64,000 bases of DNA. It comes from Balanoglossus misakiensis. Taxonomy: Eukaryota > Animalia > Hemichordata. Made by a program: the position numbers and the translations under genes. This document shows, in pieces, positions 39,140-52,100 of this stretch (positions are counted from its first letter, which is position 1; each line of letters begins with the position of its first letter). The stretch is taken from assembly GCA_040954595.2 (NCBI GenBank), contig CM082580.2:11980909-12044908 (forward strand), given 5' to 3'. The notes beneath the pieces were generated by a model. That model was not told the DNA's origin. It worked only from the letters and a program-made list of their open reading frames with translations, and searched no databases.

Positions 39140-42100
39140 ATGTCAGAGACGACAGTGGCAGGAAAGACTGCGGTCCCTCCGCCAAAGACCAAGGAGATCG
39201 CCTCCAAAATATCGTCAGAAAGGCACAGGGGTCGTTTTCCAGAATATTTTACATGTGCTTTATATGAAAGCAAAGTTCATACACTGTTGAGTGAGTTGAA
39301 CCTTGCGTCATGCCACCCGAACACAAAAGCTGAAGATTTCCTGTCAACTGACTCGGCATCCGAACCAAACACAGAGGAACCAGGTAAAATACTAAAAGCA
39401 GTGTGGTTTAAGTACAAGACCACGCCCACTCCAATACAGTCACTTGGGGGGAAAAAAGGGGGGGGGGGAGAGAGAACATCATTTATGGAAGCAGGTTCTT
39501 TGGTTTTCCGATGAATTAGTTTTGCGAAGGACATGTTTCTCTGACATTTTCCTGATTTTTCTACTTACAGCTTCACCCAAGAAACACCACATCATTTCTG
39601 ACAAAATGGCTTGTACTACTTGTGACTGTCAGTTCACTACAAGATCAGAACAGGTGGGTTTTGCGGTTTGTAGACTGTACTGGTCCACACAGGCTGATTC
39701 TCACTGCATAAACTTATCTTGCAAAACTTAAAATTTTATTTTACTTCACCTCACAGAGGAAACATTACAAGTTAGACTGGCACAGATTTAACTTAAAACA
39801 CAGAACAGCTGGATTACCAAGTGTTACAGAAGAAAACTTTGAAGGAATGTCCACAGGTGAGTGAGAAATTCTTGTCTTAATTCTGATATCAGAATTTCAT
39901 GTTGTTGCGTGAGCGTGCATTGACTCATGTTTTGCCAGTAAATGGACATATAAAGTTAAAACAGTCTTCACACCAAGATAGGTAGACTGTTGACTGCCAC
40001 AAATAGATAATGTCTGATTGCCTGGCTATTAAAACCACAGGTGATATATCCAGCATATCAGGCAGTGATAGTGACAGTAGCGAGAGTGAAAGTGAAGAAA
40101 ATGAAGACTTATCCCCAATTTCCAAACCTCACAAGATTCAAGCCTCCTACCCAACTCGTCTGAAATCTGCCAACAGTGGCACGGACAGCGAAACTGATGA
40201 TGACTCCAAGTTCAAGAACCCAAAAGGTCGACAGTATCCAAAGATGTACTTTAAGAACGGCAATGGCCGGATTCTCTCAATCTACCGGTGTATCGTCTAT
40301 GGAAAACATGTAAGGAGTTTTTAAATCTCAGTCTTCAAGATGGTGGCTGTGGAAACTCTTTACAGTTCTATAGGAGTTGTCATCATTTCCTGCAAATCTC
40401 ATCTCAACAAACTTGACAGTGAAACCCATGCAAAAGTTTACATTATTTCTATCTGATTCATAGATGAAAGTTTTGTGGAAAAATATAGAAACGGCAAGAC
40501 GTAGCATTTTGTTTTATGATGTTTCATGATTGTGTCTCTCTAGAATGTACCTGTTACACAGAATGAATTGATTTACAAGACACAGAACCTCACTCAGCAG
40601 TTGAAATGGTGTGTGTTGATGGTTGCTGGTGGTCACTTTGCTGGCGCTATATTTGATGGGTACGTCGAAACTGAAAATCTGTCTCAACAAAATTTACAAC
40701 TGTTACTTGTAAAAAGAAAGTTGACTTTTCTCTCATGTGTGGTCCTGATGGTTTTCTTTGATTTCACTTGTACATATTCTGTCCTGAAAGACTAATGCAG
40801 TAAGTAATTGATGATTTCTGTCTGTCACTAACAGAGACAAGGTGATGTTCCACAAAACATTCCATAGATACACTGTCAGAGCAAAAAGAGGATCAGCTCA
40901 GGGGATTAGAGATGGTCAACAAGGTGGCAATGCTCCAAGGTAAAGTGTGTCTTACACCCAAATTTACTTGCATTTCACTGAAAGATTTATGTGATCAGAT
41001 CATCAGGACAAATATTCCCCAGCTTCTGACTGAATCAATTGTGTCGTTTAAAACACAGTCATTGCTTTCTCGTTCTCAGATCAGCTGGTGCCAGTCTGAG
41101 AAGATACAATGAAGCAGCCCTTGTTCAAGACATCCATGACTTGTTGGACGACTGGAAGGAACACCTCGCAAATTGCGACCGCATCTTTCTGCGTGCTCCG
41201 AGCTACAACCGAGCAATCTTCTTGAGCGGCAAGAACGCCCATTTCAGCAAGAAAGACATACGCCTGGTGACCATACCCTTCTCGACCAGGAGACCGACTT
41301 TCGCAGAGGTGAAGAGAGTCCACGCAGAGCTGGTCACTGTCGAGTGTTACGGCGACGAGGAGGACGTAGTGGACTTGTTGCCATGGTCACCAAAACCAAA
41401 GGTGATACCCAGGCGGTTGTCCAAGCAGAAGGGTGGAGGAGGGAGTGATGAACCAAGTGATCAAAGTCATGAAGAGAAACCAAAACCAAACCAGAATCAA
41501 CAAAGAAGTGAAAATAATTCTGTTCAAGCAACAGATGGAATGGATGAAAGTTTAGTTGTGGAAAGTTTGAATGTTGAAGGTACTTTGAGAAAGGATAGCA
41601 GAGATGGTGTACCTACAGTAGAAGTGACAAATTATGATGAGAATTGGAAGGAAAGTGCTCCACAAAATGAATCAGGTAAAATGAAGGTGTGATAGTATTT
41701 TTTATAATATGTAAAACAAACATGTATTTTAGCCAGGTCCAAGGGGTTAAACAGCCAGTTTTATGTTATTGTTATCTATTGTTACTATAAATATTTTAAC
41801 GATTGTGTCCTTGAATAGGTGATAAAGATGAGAGTGATGCAGAATATAGTCTTTCACTGGAGATAGCAGAGACTATGTCAAGTACACTACATCTCAGAGA
41901 TTTTGAAACGACAAGAAGAAAACCTCGGAGAAAGAAGAAAACTGTGACTAAGGAAAGAGAACCAAAGACTGAAGTTGAAGAGAAAAACAGACCAGGTAAA
42001 AAGGACAGATGTCATCAGTTAACAAAAATCAGTTTACATTGTATGTGACCACAATTAATATTCAGCCATAAAGGAATTAACTGTTTGCTAAAGCCATGGA

Positions 42101-43682
42101 CACTGCTGACTGTTTCATCACACTGCTGATTGTATTGCAGGCAGCGCCCTCTATCAGCTGAGGAACGACCTGTACACAGCCTGCAAGACAGGAGATGAAT
42201 ATATGCTACAAGCGTTGCTAAGCAACCTGTCACAGACTGAGACAGTGGGTCCGCATGGGACTGGATTAGGGGATGCCATCATTGTACACGAGTCAAGTGG
42301 TGCTGCTGTTTGTGATGAGCTTCCAGCAAATGATGAAAATATGGGAACGCGTGTGAGGACAGATAATACTGAGAGTGCATCAGGGGATTTGCCTGCAACA
42401 AGTGAATTGATGGATTTGTCTGCAGCAAATCTACAACCAGAGAAGTCTTCCCAATCAAGTGACAGAATACAGGCAACTGATCAAAGCCTTGAGGGTTCAA
42501 AGGTGAACCCAACAAACGCCACAGCAACTCCACCTTCTATGAATAAGACTGAAATTCTCAATGACTCTTTTGCTGACGATGGCAGAACTTTATTACACAT
42601 AGCTGCCAAAGCTGGACAAAGGAAAATTATCAGACTTCTGCTTGAGGCTGGAGCAGATCCAACTCTCAGGTAATAGAGATTCTTCCTTCCTTTGACTGTT
42701 CAATACCTGACAGAGAAATTTTACAGCGAGTTTTGTTGGTGATGTTGTTTGAACATTGTTAACAATCCCGCATATTAATTTATTCTGGCTTTTGCTATGC
42801 AGGGATAAAAATGGGAAAACTAGTTACATCATGGCCAATGACAAACCAACCAGGAATGAATTCCGCAAGTTCATGGCTGACTTTCCCGATGTGTACGATT
42901 ATTCCAAAGCTCAGGTAAGGAAAGTAGGAAAAGGAAACAAATTGAAAGATTGCTTCTATCAATATTCTGTGTCGATTCCATCAGTAAGGAATGCAAATTT
43001 AGTATCTTTATGGTAAAAGGAAGAACTTACCCATACCACTGTCACCCACAGATTCCAAGCCCCCTGACAACAGAAATGGAAACTGACAAAGCTTCAAAGC
43101 TGGCTGAGAAGAAAAAAGAGAAGAAGAAAGCTAGAAAAGAAAAACAGAAAGTAGGCACATAAAAAACTAGACAAGAAAGTGACGTAAATTCTCAATTCTA
43201 AACCCTCCATTCACCCCTTTGTAAGAGTCTACTAAATGATGAATGTGTACATTACTACAGGAACAGAAAGCTGAAGATAAAAAGAGAAAAGATGAAGAGA
43301 AAGAGAAGCAGTGGTTTACGTCGCTTAGCGACAGGGAGAAGAGAGCCTTGGCAGCAGAGAGGAGATTGGCTCAGCAATTAGACGATAAAAGCATTAAGTA
43401 AGATGAATTGTTTTATTCTCAAATCCATTATCAGAAATCAAGCAGATACTGCTTTTTTGTGTAAAATCCGCAGTCTTTCCACTGTCAATGATTTTATTGT
43501 ATGAAATGAAAATAAACAACTGAGTAACTACTTTCCCTTATTTTTTCAGACGTTGCTGGTTGTGCGGAGAAAGTTTGGCAGAAAAAGTTCCTTTTGAATA
43601 CATGGACTTCAAATTCTGTTCAGTCAAATGTTTGAAACGACATAGACAACAACAACAAGAACAGTCAGGGCAGAAGAGATGA
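39140..43682 (+). CDS. ANKZF1: Ankyrin repeat and zinc finger domain protein 1 (Vms1, ribosome quality-control tRNA endonuclease), multi-exon
   Basis: C2H2 finger CTTC...EQ|[14 protein letters not shown] and [14 protein letters not shown]1 domain [68 protein letters not shown]. Ankyrin [18 protein letters not shown] and C-terminal treble clef RCWLCG...[18 protein letters not shown]. Confidence 0.94.
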
Positions 43683-44689
43683 TGATTGAAAATCCAGTGT
43701 AGCTGACTTTGCTCAGATCAGATCATGAAATGCAAATGTTTGGAGTTGAATTGAAAGCTGGCATTCAGATTGATGGAATTTTCAGGAAGATAAGTGGAAT
43801 AAAATAAAAATTCTTATGAACTGAAGGTATTTCAAGGAGATATATGAAGATGAAATTTTTGTGCAGTAGCATTTAAGATAATCCACTTGAATTCAGTTCA
43901 TCATTGTATGAAGATTTTAAGTATTCAGTCTTAATTGAAGATAAATTATTTCAAACAAAGGTTGTATGTACGTGGTTGTCTTTTTCCTTCTGTCATTGTG
44001 AAAACGAAATTCAAGTTACTGATTGTCGTTGAGGGCGCATATATTGAACAAGAAACATACCGGTACTCATCCCGTGTCCTTGGCCCAGGTCACTTAAAAG
44101 GTGAGCAGTCTGAGGCATTTTGGGTCAGTTCGAGTACGTTGATTAAAAATGGCGATTTGTGGTGCACGTATAGGGACGAAATATCCAGTTGTCTGAGGTT
44201 ACTCCCACTGCACTGGACAAGACTTTGGCGTATATACTTAACACTGGGAAGATCTTGGAGACAGTGAAGTGAAGGTGTGTCTTGGAAAGGCCCTGATAGT
44301 TAAACAATTATCCAGCTTTGGATTTCATTTGATCATACTTCATAGACGTATCTCTCTCTATGTCCATGGTGTGACTACACAACTTTTTCTGGCTAATAGT
44401 TATTGTACAGAGTGATCAGTTTGGCAAATTCATTGTCCTTATGGTAATCAAAATGTAGGTCAGGGTCAATATGAGGTCAACTCCATTGGTTACTTTTAAC
44501 AACTAATTGCTACTTTGTGTCCTGTGGAAATGTACACAAAAGCAAATTAAAAATCAATTTACATTGTATTACTTATAAAAATTACAAAGCCATCAAGGAG
44601 TGAGTGTTTATGACATTTTCCCATATCTTTACTTTTTTTATGATTTTTCACAAACAGATCCGTGATATGATCAGGACACAAAAGTCACA

Positions 44690-47187
44690 ATGACATCTGC
44701 CGGTCAGGACGAAGAAGTGTTACTTTCTCACGTCTGGTCTGATGATGACGACGAATCAGGCGACTTGTACTTCATTGAGGAGCGTAACCAACGCAAAGAT
44801 AACCATTCGAAAGCACGTAGATACTGTTGCTATGCCATTTGGACTGTTGTCGGTGTTCTGACCACGGTGGTCGTTTTATACATCGCTGCGCACACAATCT
44901 CCAGAAACTCTGTACACGTGCACACCGAATGTGGGTTTGTTAAAGGAGTCAAGGTCGATGGGGCATACGAGTTCAAAGGAATGCCGTATGCTGTACCCCC
45001 TCTTGGCGAACTACGATGGAGGGAACCTGTCTCTCTGAAAGAAAGCAAGTCCTGCTGGAAGGGCGTGTACAGTGCCAAGGAGTATGGTAGTGCCTGCACC
45101 CAACAAGATGTTATAAGTAAGAATGTGACAGGGAGTGAAGACTGCCTGTATCTCAATGTATGGACGCCAACAGTCAACTCATCATTGTCTCTACCAGTGG
45201 GTGTATACATTCATGGAGGAAGTCAGATCTTTCTCAGTGGCAATGTGCCAAACTATCATCCCACTGCAGCTCTGGCCACCAAGGGTGACATGGTCTTTGT
45301 CAGTTTCAACTACCGCCTTAATGCATTTGGATTCATGGCACTGGACATCCTTTCCCAAGATTCCGTTACCAACACCTCCGGAAACTATGGATTTTACGAT
45401 CAAGTCATGGCACTGCGATGGGTGCAGAATAATATTCATTACTTTGGTGGTGATCCGAACAGAGTGACATTGATGGGTCAAAGTTCAGGAGGCACTTCTG
45501 TACTAGCCCACTTAGTATCACCTCTCACAAAAGGTATTCTACAACTGTGTAGTGAAATTTTGTACCAAGGGCATTGTCGAGTTGACTGACAATTGAATTC
45601 AAGTAGAAATTAACTGTAATGATACCAAATTTTATCATACCATTGCTTATTTTATATTACCGGTCTACATGTTTTTATTCTATAACAGATTTCTTTTCCC
45701 CTGAAATGATTTCTCTGTGGTTTTCTTATAGGCTTATTTCAGAGAGCATGGTTGATGAGTTCTTCCATCATATTAAACAAGACCCTTGAAGATGCATCAA
45801 GGGATAATCTTGTGTTCCTCGAAAAGACCGGTTGTCAAGATGTGGTGTGTCTGCGAACTCTTAGCGCTGACAAGATTGTCAACTCTGTACCGTGGGATGT
45901 TTATCCATATTGGAGCGATAATGATATTACTGGTAATGTCATTGCGATTATGTATTGGATATTAGAATTGTGTGTAGGTGTGCTTTTCTATAACCTAGTC
46001 TCAGTTGACACCCCCAGTGTTGGCTATAAAACAAATTCAGAAGGTTTTCTTCGACACAGTTCTGTACATAAGCACTGAGGTCCAACCTTACCATGATGTA
46101 TCTTGCTTCCACAGATCTCCCACAGAAAAACTTGTTTATCGGAGCAAAACCCATTGTAGATGGCATTCTAATACCAGCACCACCTGATGAGATGTGGAAA
46201 AATGGACTGGGTCATGATATACCCATTGTTATTGGTGAGTCATACATTGTATGATTTTATTTCATCTATTTAAGGGTGGTACCGCTTTCCCAAACTGTCT
46301 TGCAAAATCAGTTGCTTATATTTTGTATGTATAAACACAAAGTATAGTCATTGGTATAAACACACATAGATGCACAATTAATGTTTGTTGTATTTATAAA
46401 TGATTCATGTGTTTGATTTCTTGTTTCAGGAAGTACATCCCAAGAACTTGACTTCAATCCACTGCAGCAGGATATCCGGAACTGGGATTGGGACAAATAT
46501 GAAGAGGTGGTTTCAGGTAATATGGTTTAAATCTGTATTGTCGAACACTCAACTTTTAAATTTTCAAAGTGATTTAATAAATCAATATACTTGTGCATAT
46601 TTATTTAGCCACTTCTACTTGAATGTAGAGGGTTATAGTAATTAATGAATGATGTTTTTTTTTTCACAGAGAAACTGGATACGTTTGGTGATGATATTAC
46701 CCAAACCGCGAAACAGTTATACCAGTATGTACCCAAGCTCCATACTCCAGAACTGGCCTATACGACCATGGCCAGCGATATCAGAGTTACTTGTCCCACT
46801 AATACACTGGCAAAGACTATATCAGATGGTGTTAGATCTCCAGTGTACCGCTATGTGGCAACATCGTGGCCATCACAACCTGTTGAGTGGTATCCAGGCT
46901 TGTTCAAACCCCGTTATGGGTTCCATATGTGGGACTGTTATGCCTTATTCGGCACGTTCAAGAATCTCGTCAAAGAACCATCGGAGAGCGACGTCAAGTT
47001 CAGCGAACTCATGCAGCGAATGTTTTTCCATTTCGCTCGGGAAGGCGTTATGTTCCCTGAATGGCCGGAATACCCGGGAGCCATCGCAAAAATCTCAAGT
47101 AATCTTACGATTGTTGATAGTTACAAAAAGCGGGAATGTGACTTTTGGGATAGCTATGGATTTGCGTCTTATGCGTTGATTAATTAG
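44690..47187 (+). CDS. Type-B carboxylesterase with N-terminal signal-anchor; exons 44690-45533, 45732-45932, 46115-46234, 46430-46516, 46670-47187
   Basis: FKGMPYAVPPLGELRW, SEDCLYLNVWTP, YIHGG, NYRLNAFGF, GNYGFYDQ..AL.WVQ.NI..FGGDP..VTLMGQSSG (nucleophile elbow). Putative catalytic Glu in GSTSQELD and His in GFHMWD. TM AIWTVVGVLTTVVVLYIAA. Confidence 0.9.
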
Positions 47188-49111
47188 AGCAACCATCCCA
47201 CAAGGTCCCAAGTGATTGCATTTTTATTGAAAATCTGTGACAGAAAATTTGCCTTTTGCTTTTCATGATCTTGAATTTGACAAAATGAGTGCCAAGTCAA
47301 AATCGAATTTGTTGCAAAGAATGTCCTCAATGTATTTCTTTTTTTTTTATAAGAATATCTTTTATTGGCACTTTTTCAGTGATTCACGACTGCTTCAGAT
47401 TTTGTTCAAGTATGCCTTACTTTTGGAATTACTCAAGTTTAATGTGCTGAAATTTCATATAAGGGAACTTATTGCATGGATTGGAAGATGTATATGATTT
47501 TTAAAAGAATGAAACTGTTGCTTACAAGTAATGGAACTCAAAAGCTAGACTGTAACCATGGTAATTATGCACACAAACAACTAGTTCCGCTGGAGCTTGC
47601 AGCTTATAATAATTAATAAATCATCACCTGTGCTATGATTTACTAAAGGCAATAAAGAGAAATCTTTTGTGAATACAATCTTGTGAGACGTCATCTTCCT
47701 TGGACTGACGTAAGAAGTTCATGACATGGAACATGCATCCATGACAAGAATGTTGTTTAGAAGAGACTCTAGAAACTGCTATCTGAGCGATTGGCTTTGT
47801 TTGTAAAATGAATGTATGGATGTGATTTTTGAGGTAATTAAAGTACTTTGCATTCACTTTCTTTATACGCACTCAAACTGCCTCAAGAGAGTACTGCGTG
47901 CGCCCTCAACGCTTTACTGAAGAATTTTGCAACGCGTGACTTCAAATACAATTGAAAATCCTTTGACGTCGCGTTTTTATAATTTGTCATATTCATTCTA
48001 TATACTGATCTCATGAATTGCGATGTATAAGTTTTCGTTTTTTTTGCGAAAAAAACAAAATGATCCACCGGTCGATCCAAAGATTTCCAAAATGGCGACA
48101 CGAACTCATTCATTGTGTTTGGAGACACTAACTTTTTGACCCTTTTTTCGTGCCTTATTTGTGTTCACTCGGGATTGTCATTGTTATTATTCGGATATAA
48201 AGATGTCATGCAATTCGGCAATAAACTCTAATTCTTCCAAAACTTACAAATTTCAAGGCATATTACGTACACATTTTAGTACCACTTTGGCAATAAGTAG
48301 CACTTGATTTTCAACTTGAATCTAAACCGCACGTAATTCGCACGATCAGGGCTACATACGCAAATTAAAAGCTGAAATGACGCGGCACAAGCGACGTCTG
48401 TCAACAGGAGTATATACTGGTGGCATTTTTGCGGCGGTATATTTGCCTCAAAAGTGGTTATTTTGTGGTCGAAATTCTTTTTTTCCGACACTTGTGATAA
48501 ACACACATTTACAGACCTTCTCCCTTTTAATCCTTGTTTTATCACTTTTTTTTTTCACTTTTTTGTCATTCCTATAACTGCCTTTGCCGCCTATTTTTAT
48601 ATGCGAATTGTGCAGAAGTTGAAATATAACGAGTTTATCACATTTACACAGTTTTCTCATGTTTTCCCACACCAATTAATTGATGTACCGCTATGCGGGA
48701 AGTTCATAACATACTACTTCACACCTCTAAATGTCTAAGCAGAAACCCATTCACACTCTATTGTTATGTAAATTTCTCGCTACAGACTCTTATATTCATA
48801 CGCCTGGGGAAAAGTTATTTATTTTTATCAAATGTTTTATATTCTTAATCGAAAGAACAGAAAGTAAACTTTTAAGTCCATCTGCGTATACCTATAGGGA
48901 TAAAACTATCAAATGTGATCAGAAGCGAGATTTCCAAAATATTTTTGCAGTGGCCACTTAAAAGTAACACTCGCGGATGTGTTAAGTGAATGTAAGTAGG
49001 TAGTAAAGCGTCAGACATTGAAAGTTGTTATAGGCGATCGTATTGGAAATGGAGTTGGGATATACAAGGTACCGGAATTTGTTGATATGGAACTGTCTCT
49101 AGTCGACCAAA

Positions 49112-52100
49112 ATGGGTCTCAGGACAGCCGAACATGCTGCTGCCGTTAGTCTTGTGCTGTGTCTGACGATCGTTTCTAGTTTAGCACAAGGTAAGTGACG
49201 AAATTAAACCCCTTCTTAAGTCGTCCACCAACTTGACTATCCATATCCTATGCGTGTGTCATTCTTTACGACCACCTTAGTAAACAGACTGTACTCGAGC
49301 GACCGATTACTAGTTTGTGGTACGTAGTCGTCAGGATTTGACAATGCAGTTCATGACTAGTGGCGGATTCTAACTTTAATGTTATCTTTTTGCACATTTG
49401 ACGGTCTTGCTTTTTAAATTAGTACACTACAAATTAAGCGATCTTGTCTAATTAACGTTTACACAATACTGAGCTATAGAATCTGCATATATCTTTGTCG
49501 TCCTTTGTTTTAACTTTTAAGAAAAATTGACTTTTTACACTTCTAATTCATATATTTCGAGACTGTATGACATAAATAAATATTGTTTCAGTATCTGGAA
49601 TTTTCTTTTCTTTGGAACAATACTCTAATCTAAATCATAATCATAATTTTCTAAAAATTCCATTTTTTGTCTTTTTTTATTGCAACTCAAGTGGTTGCTA
49701 GGTTTCAAATGGAAAAGTAAGATTGAATAGTATACAGGCTTCCTGACTCTTAAATGTCAAACTTAGTTTCCAGGCAATCATGTAAAGTATATGTACATGT
49801 GCTTCACATATGTAAAACATGAGTATGTATCTTTCAAATTAAACAGAACAATATGATGTATATTGCTACAGAGTTGCACATTTTGGGGGGCAGCACCTTA
49901 ATTTAAGGGCAATATATTTGATTTATGTGCATAAAGTGTACAATATCAAATTTTGTTATAAAGTAAGTGGATAAGTAGCGATCTATTCAAAAAATCTTTT
50001 CCAACTGATTTATATTAAAAACTAAGCTTTTAAGCCCCAATAGATGCTTTATTGACGTGTTTTTAATCTTTAGTTTTAATTTTTATAGCTATCTTATTCT
50101 TAATCATGTCACATTGACAAGAACAAAAATGTCAACTTATCCTTTGTAGAAACAGATAGGTTGTTAGCTTACTTTCTTCTCTCTATCAAAAACTTGTATG
50201 TTTGCTCTCAGTAGTAGGGCTAGGCAAATACTGTATCTATAAGATTGAAATATCTCTCAACATTCATCTAACTCAACAGATGCATAAGCCATATTTGTCC
50301 TCATGGGATCAGTAAGGGGAGAACCATTTGATTTCTGGGGGGGGGTTTCAGCCAAAGTTAAAGCAATTTTTTTTGATAATCGCTCCACTTTTTTCCTCAA
50401 GGCATTGCAGAAGAAATTTATTTTCCTCTGCACCATCTGCCAACAATTCCCCCAAAAGTCGTCCATCCACCCCCAGAAATCAAATGGTTCTCCCCTAATG
50501 ATCTTTCAGATTTTAAGTGATGATTTTTTCTTACACTTTTATAATGGGGACATGGTGGCTGTGGCTTTGTTATACTTTGGCTGACTATGTTATTCTTTCA
50601 AAACATATGGTCCCAGTTGTAGACTCCTTCTGATTGATTCAGCCAAAAATGTTGTACAGTTTATAATATTAAAAAAAACAATTATCTTTTTTTCCAGTAT
50701 GATTACTGTTCCTTCCTTTGAAATGGAATACAGTTGTCTGAGAGTCTGTGCATTGAACTTACATGACCTGTAGAAATAACTGACCTTGAGTTCCTCAAAT
50801 GCAGATGACTGTGTTTATTTTATCGTGGAAAGTTGCATAGTTCCATGCTTTATTTATTAGTTGTGCTAGATTGAGGTTATGACAGCTTGAGCAACCGACA
50901 TATTCACTGACACTGGCCATGCAATATGTGTTAGCTTAACCCCTTCAATTGAATAGTTTTGTAGGATGTTGACTCCCGTAGTACTTGGCCAAGTTCAGTA
51001 CTACAGAACTTTTGGTAATGAGTATTGAAATACGAACAAGTCTGCAGATTAGCATTGAGTGGTTCTACATTTGTGATGGCTGTTTTGTTATGCATAGAAT
51101 TTTGGAGTATGTTACAAAACAGTCTGTATAAAAATGCTATGGAGAGGTTTCAGATGCTACAAACCTGACAAAACTATAAGAATGTTGCATCACATCAAAG
51201 GGATTTTGTAGGGAATGACAGGGCTAGGGATTAACATTCAGCTGAATAGTTTGTGCTTTCTGAAGTCTCACAATAAACCCCATTTATACAAATTTAAATC
51301 TGGCGTGAGAGGTGTCTCGCATAGAATGACCCATGACATATGGGGATGCCAGTTTGCCGTCTTGACCTTTATCATATTCACAAACCAAAATAAGTCTGTC
51401 TTCATGTGCAGGAGAGTTAAAAATACTTTTGGTGGAAACTTCCGTCCGGACAGAAAAAGTTGTTCAAGTGCTCAGGGCCAGTAACTGTGCAGTGGAGGGT
51501 AAAATTGTGAAGCATTGTTGGTGCACAATTGATGAATTCGGATTCAGCTGTTATGTTCAGCATGCTTTCAGTCACCCAGCCCTGTGGCCGTTTCTGCTAT
51601 TAGCAATATCCTTTGTGACGAGCAATCTCAGTGGAGACAAGCTGTTGTTTCACATTCCCTTCTTTGGTGGGATTACAATTAATCACATGCTGTAGCAACA
51701 GAAAGGCATATATTAAGTCAGTAAAACTTTCTGATTTTCCAGTTACAAGCAAATATATAGTTTGTCAGCTTTCTGCCTGTACTTGCTGTAGAAGCTGACA
51801 GGTACTTGTAATATATTTTCTTGCAGGTGCTACATATTTTTCCTGTCACAAGACTTTCCTTTTGTTTCCATTCAGAGACAGTCGAAAGGAAGCTCAATTG
51901 TGAAAGAAAACTCCTGAAAAGGGAAGGAGTACAATAGAGGAATTGCGTTTCATTCTTTTCAGCATGTCTTAAAAATTCATGAGTTTCTATTGAGTCTGAG
52001 GGTTCTGTTTTAGTGTCTGTGTAGAAACTGCTTTTATAAGACAGAACAGTCCCGGTAATTGCCTAGTCTTCAAGGACTGTTGGAAGCTACGAACTGTTTC

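Noticed and set aside
47883-48961. Cluster of short ORFs between the esterase and the PKD-like gene
   Set aside because: Low-complexity AT-rich translations with no domain motifs; probably promoter or decayed repeat.
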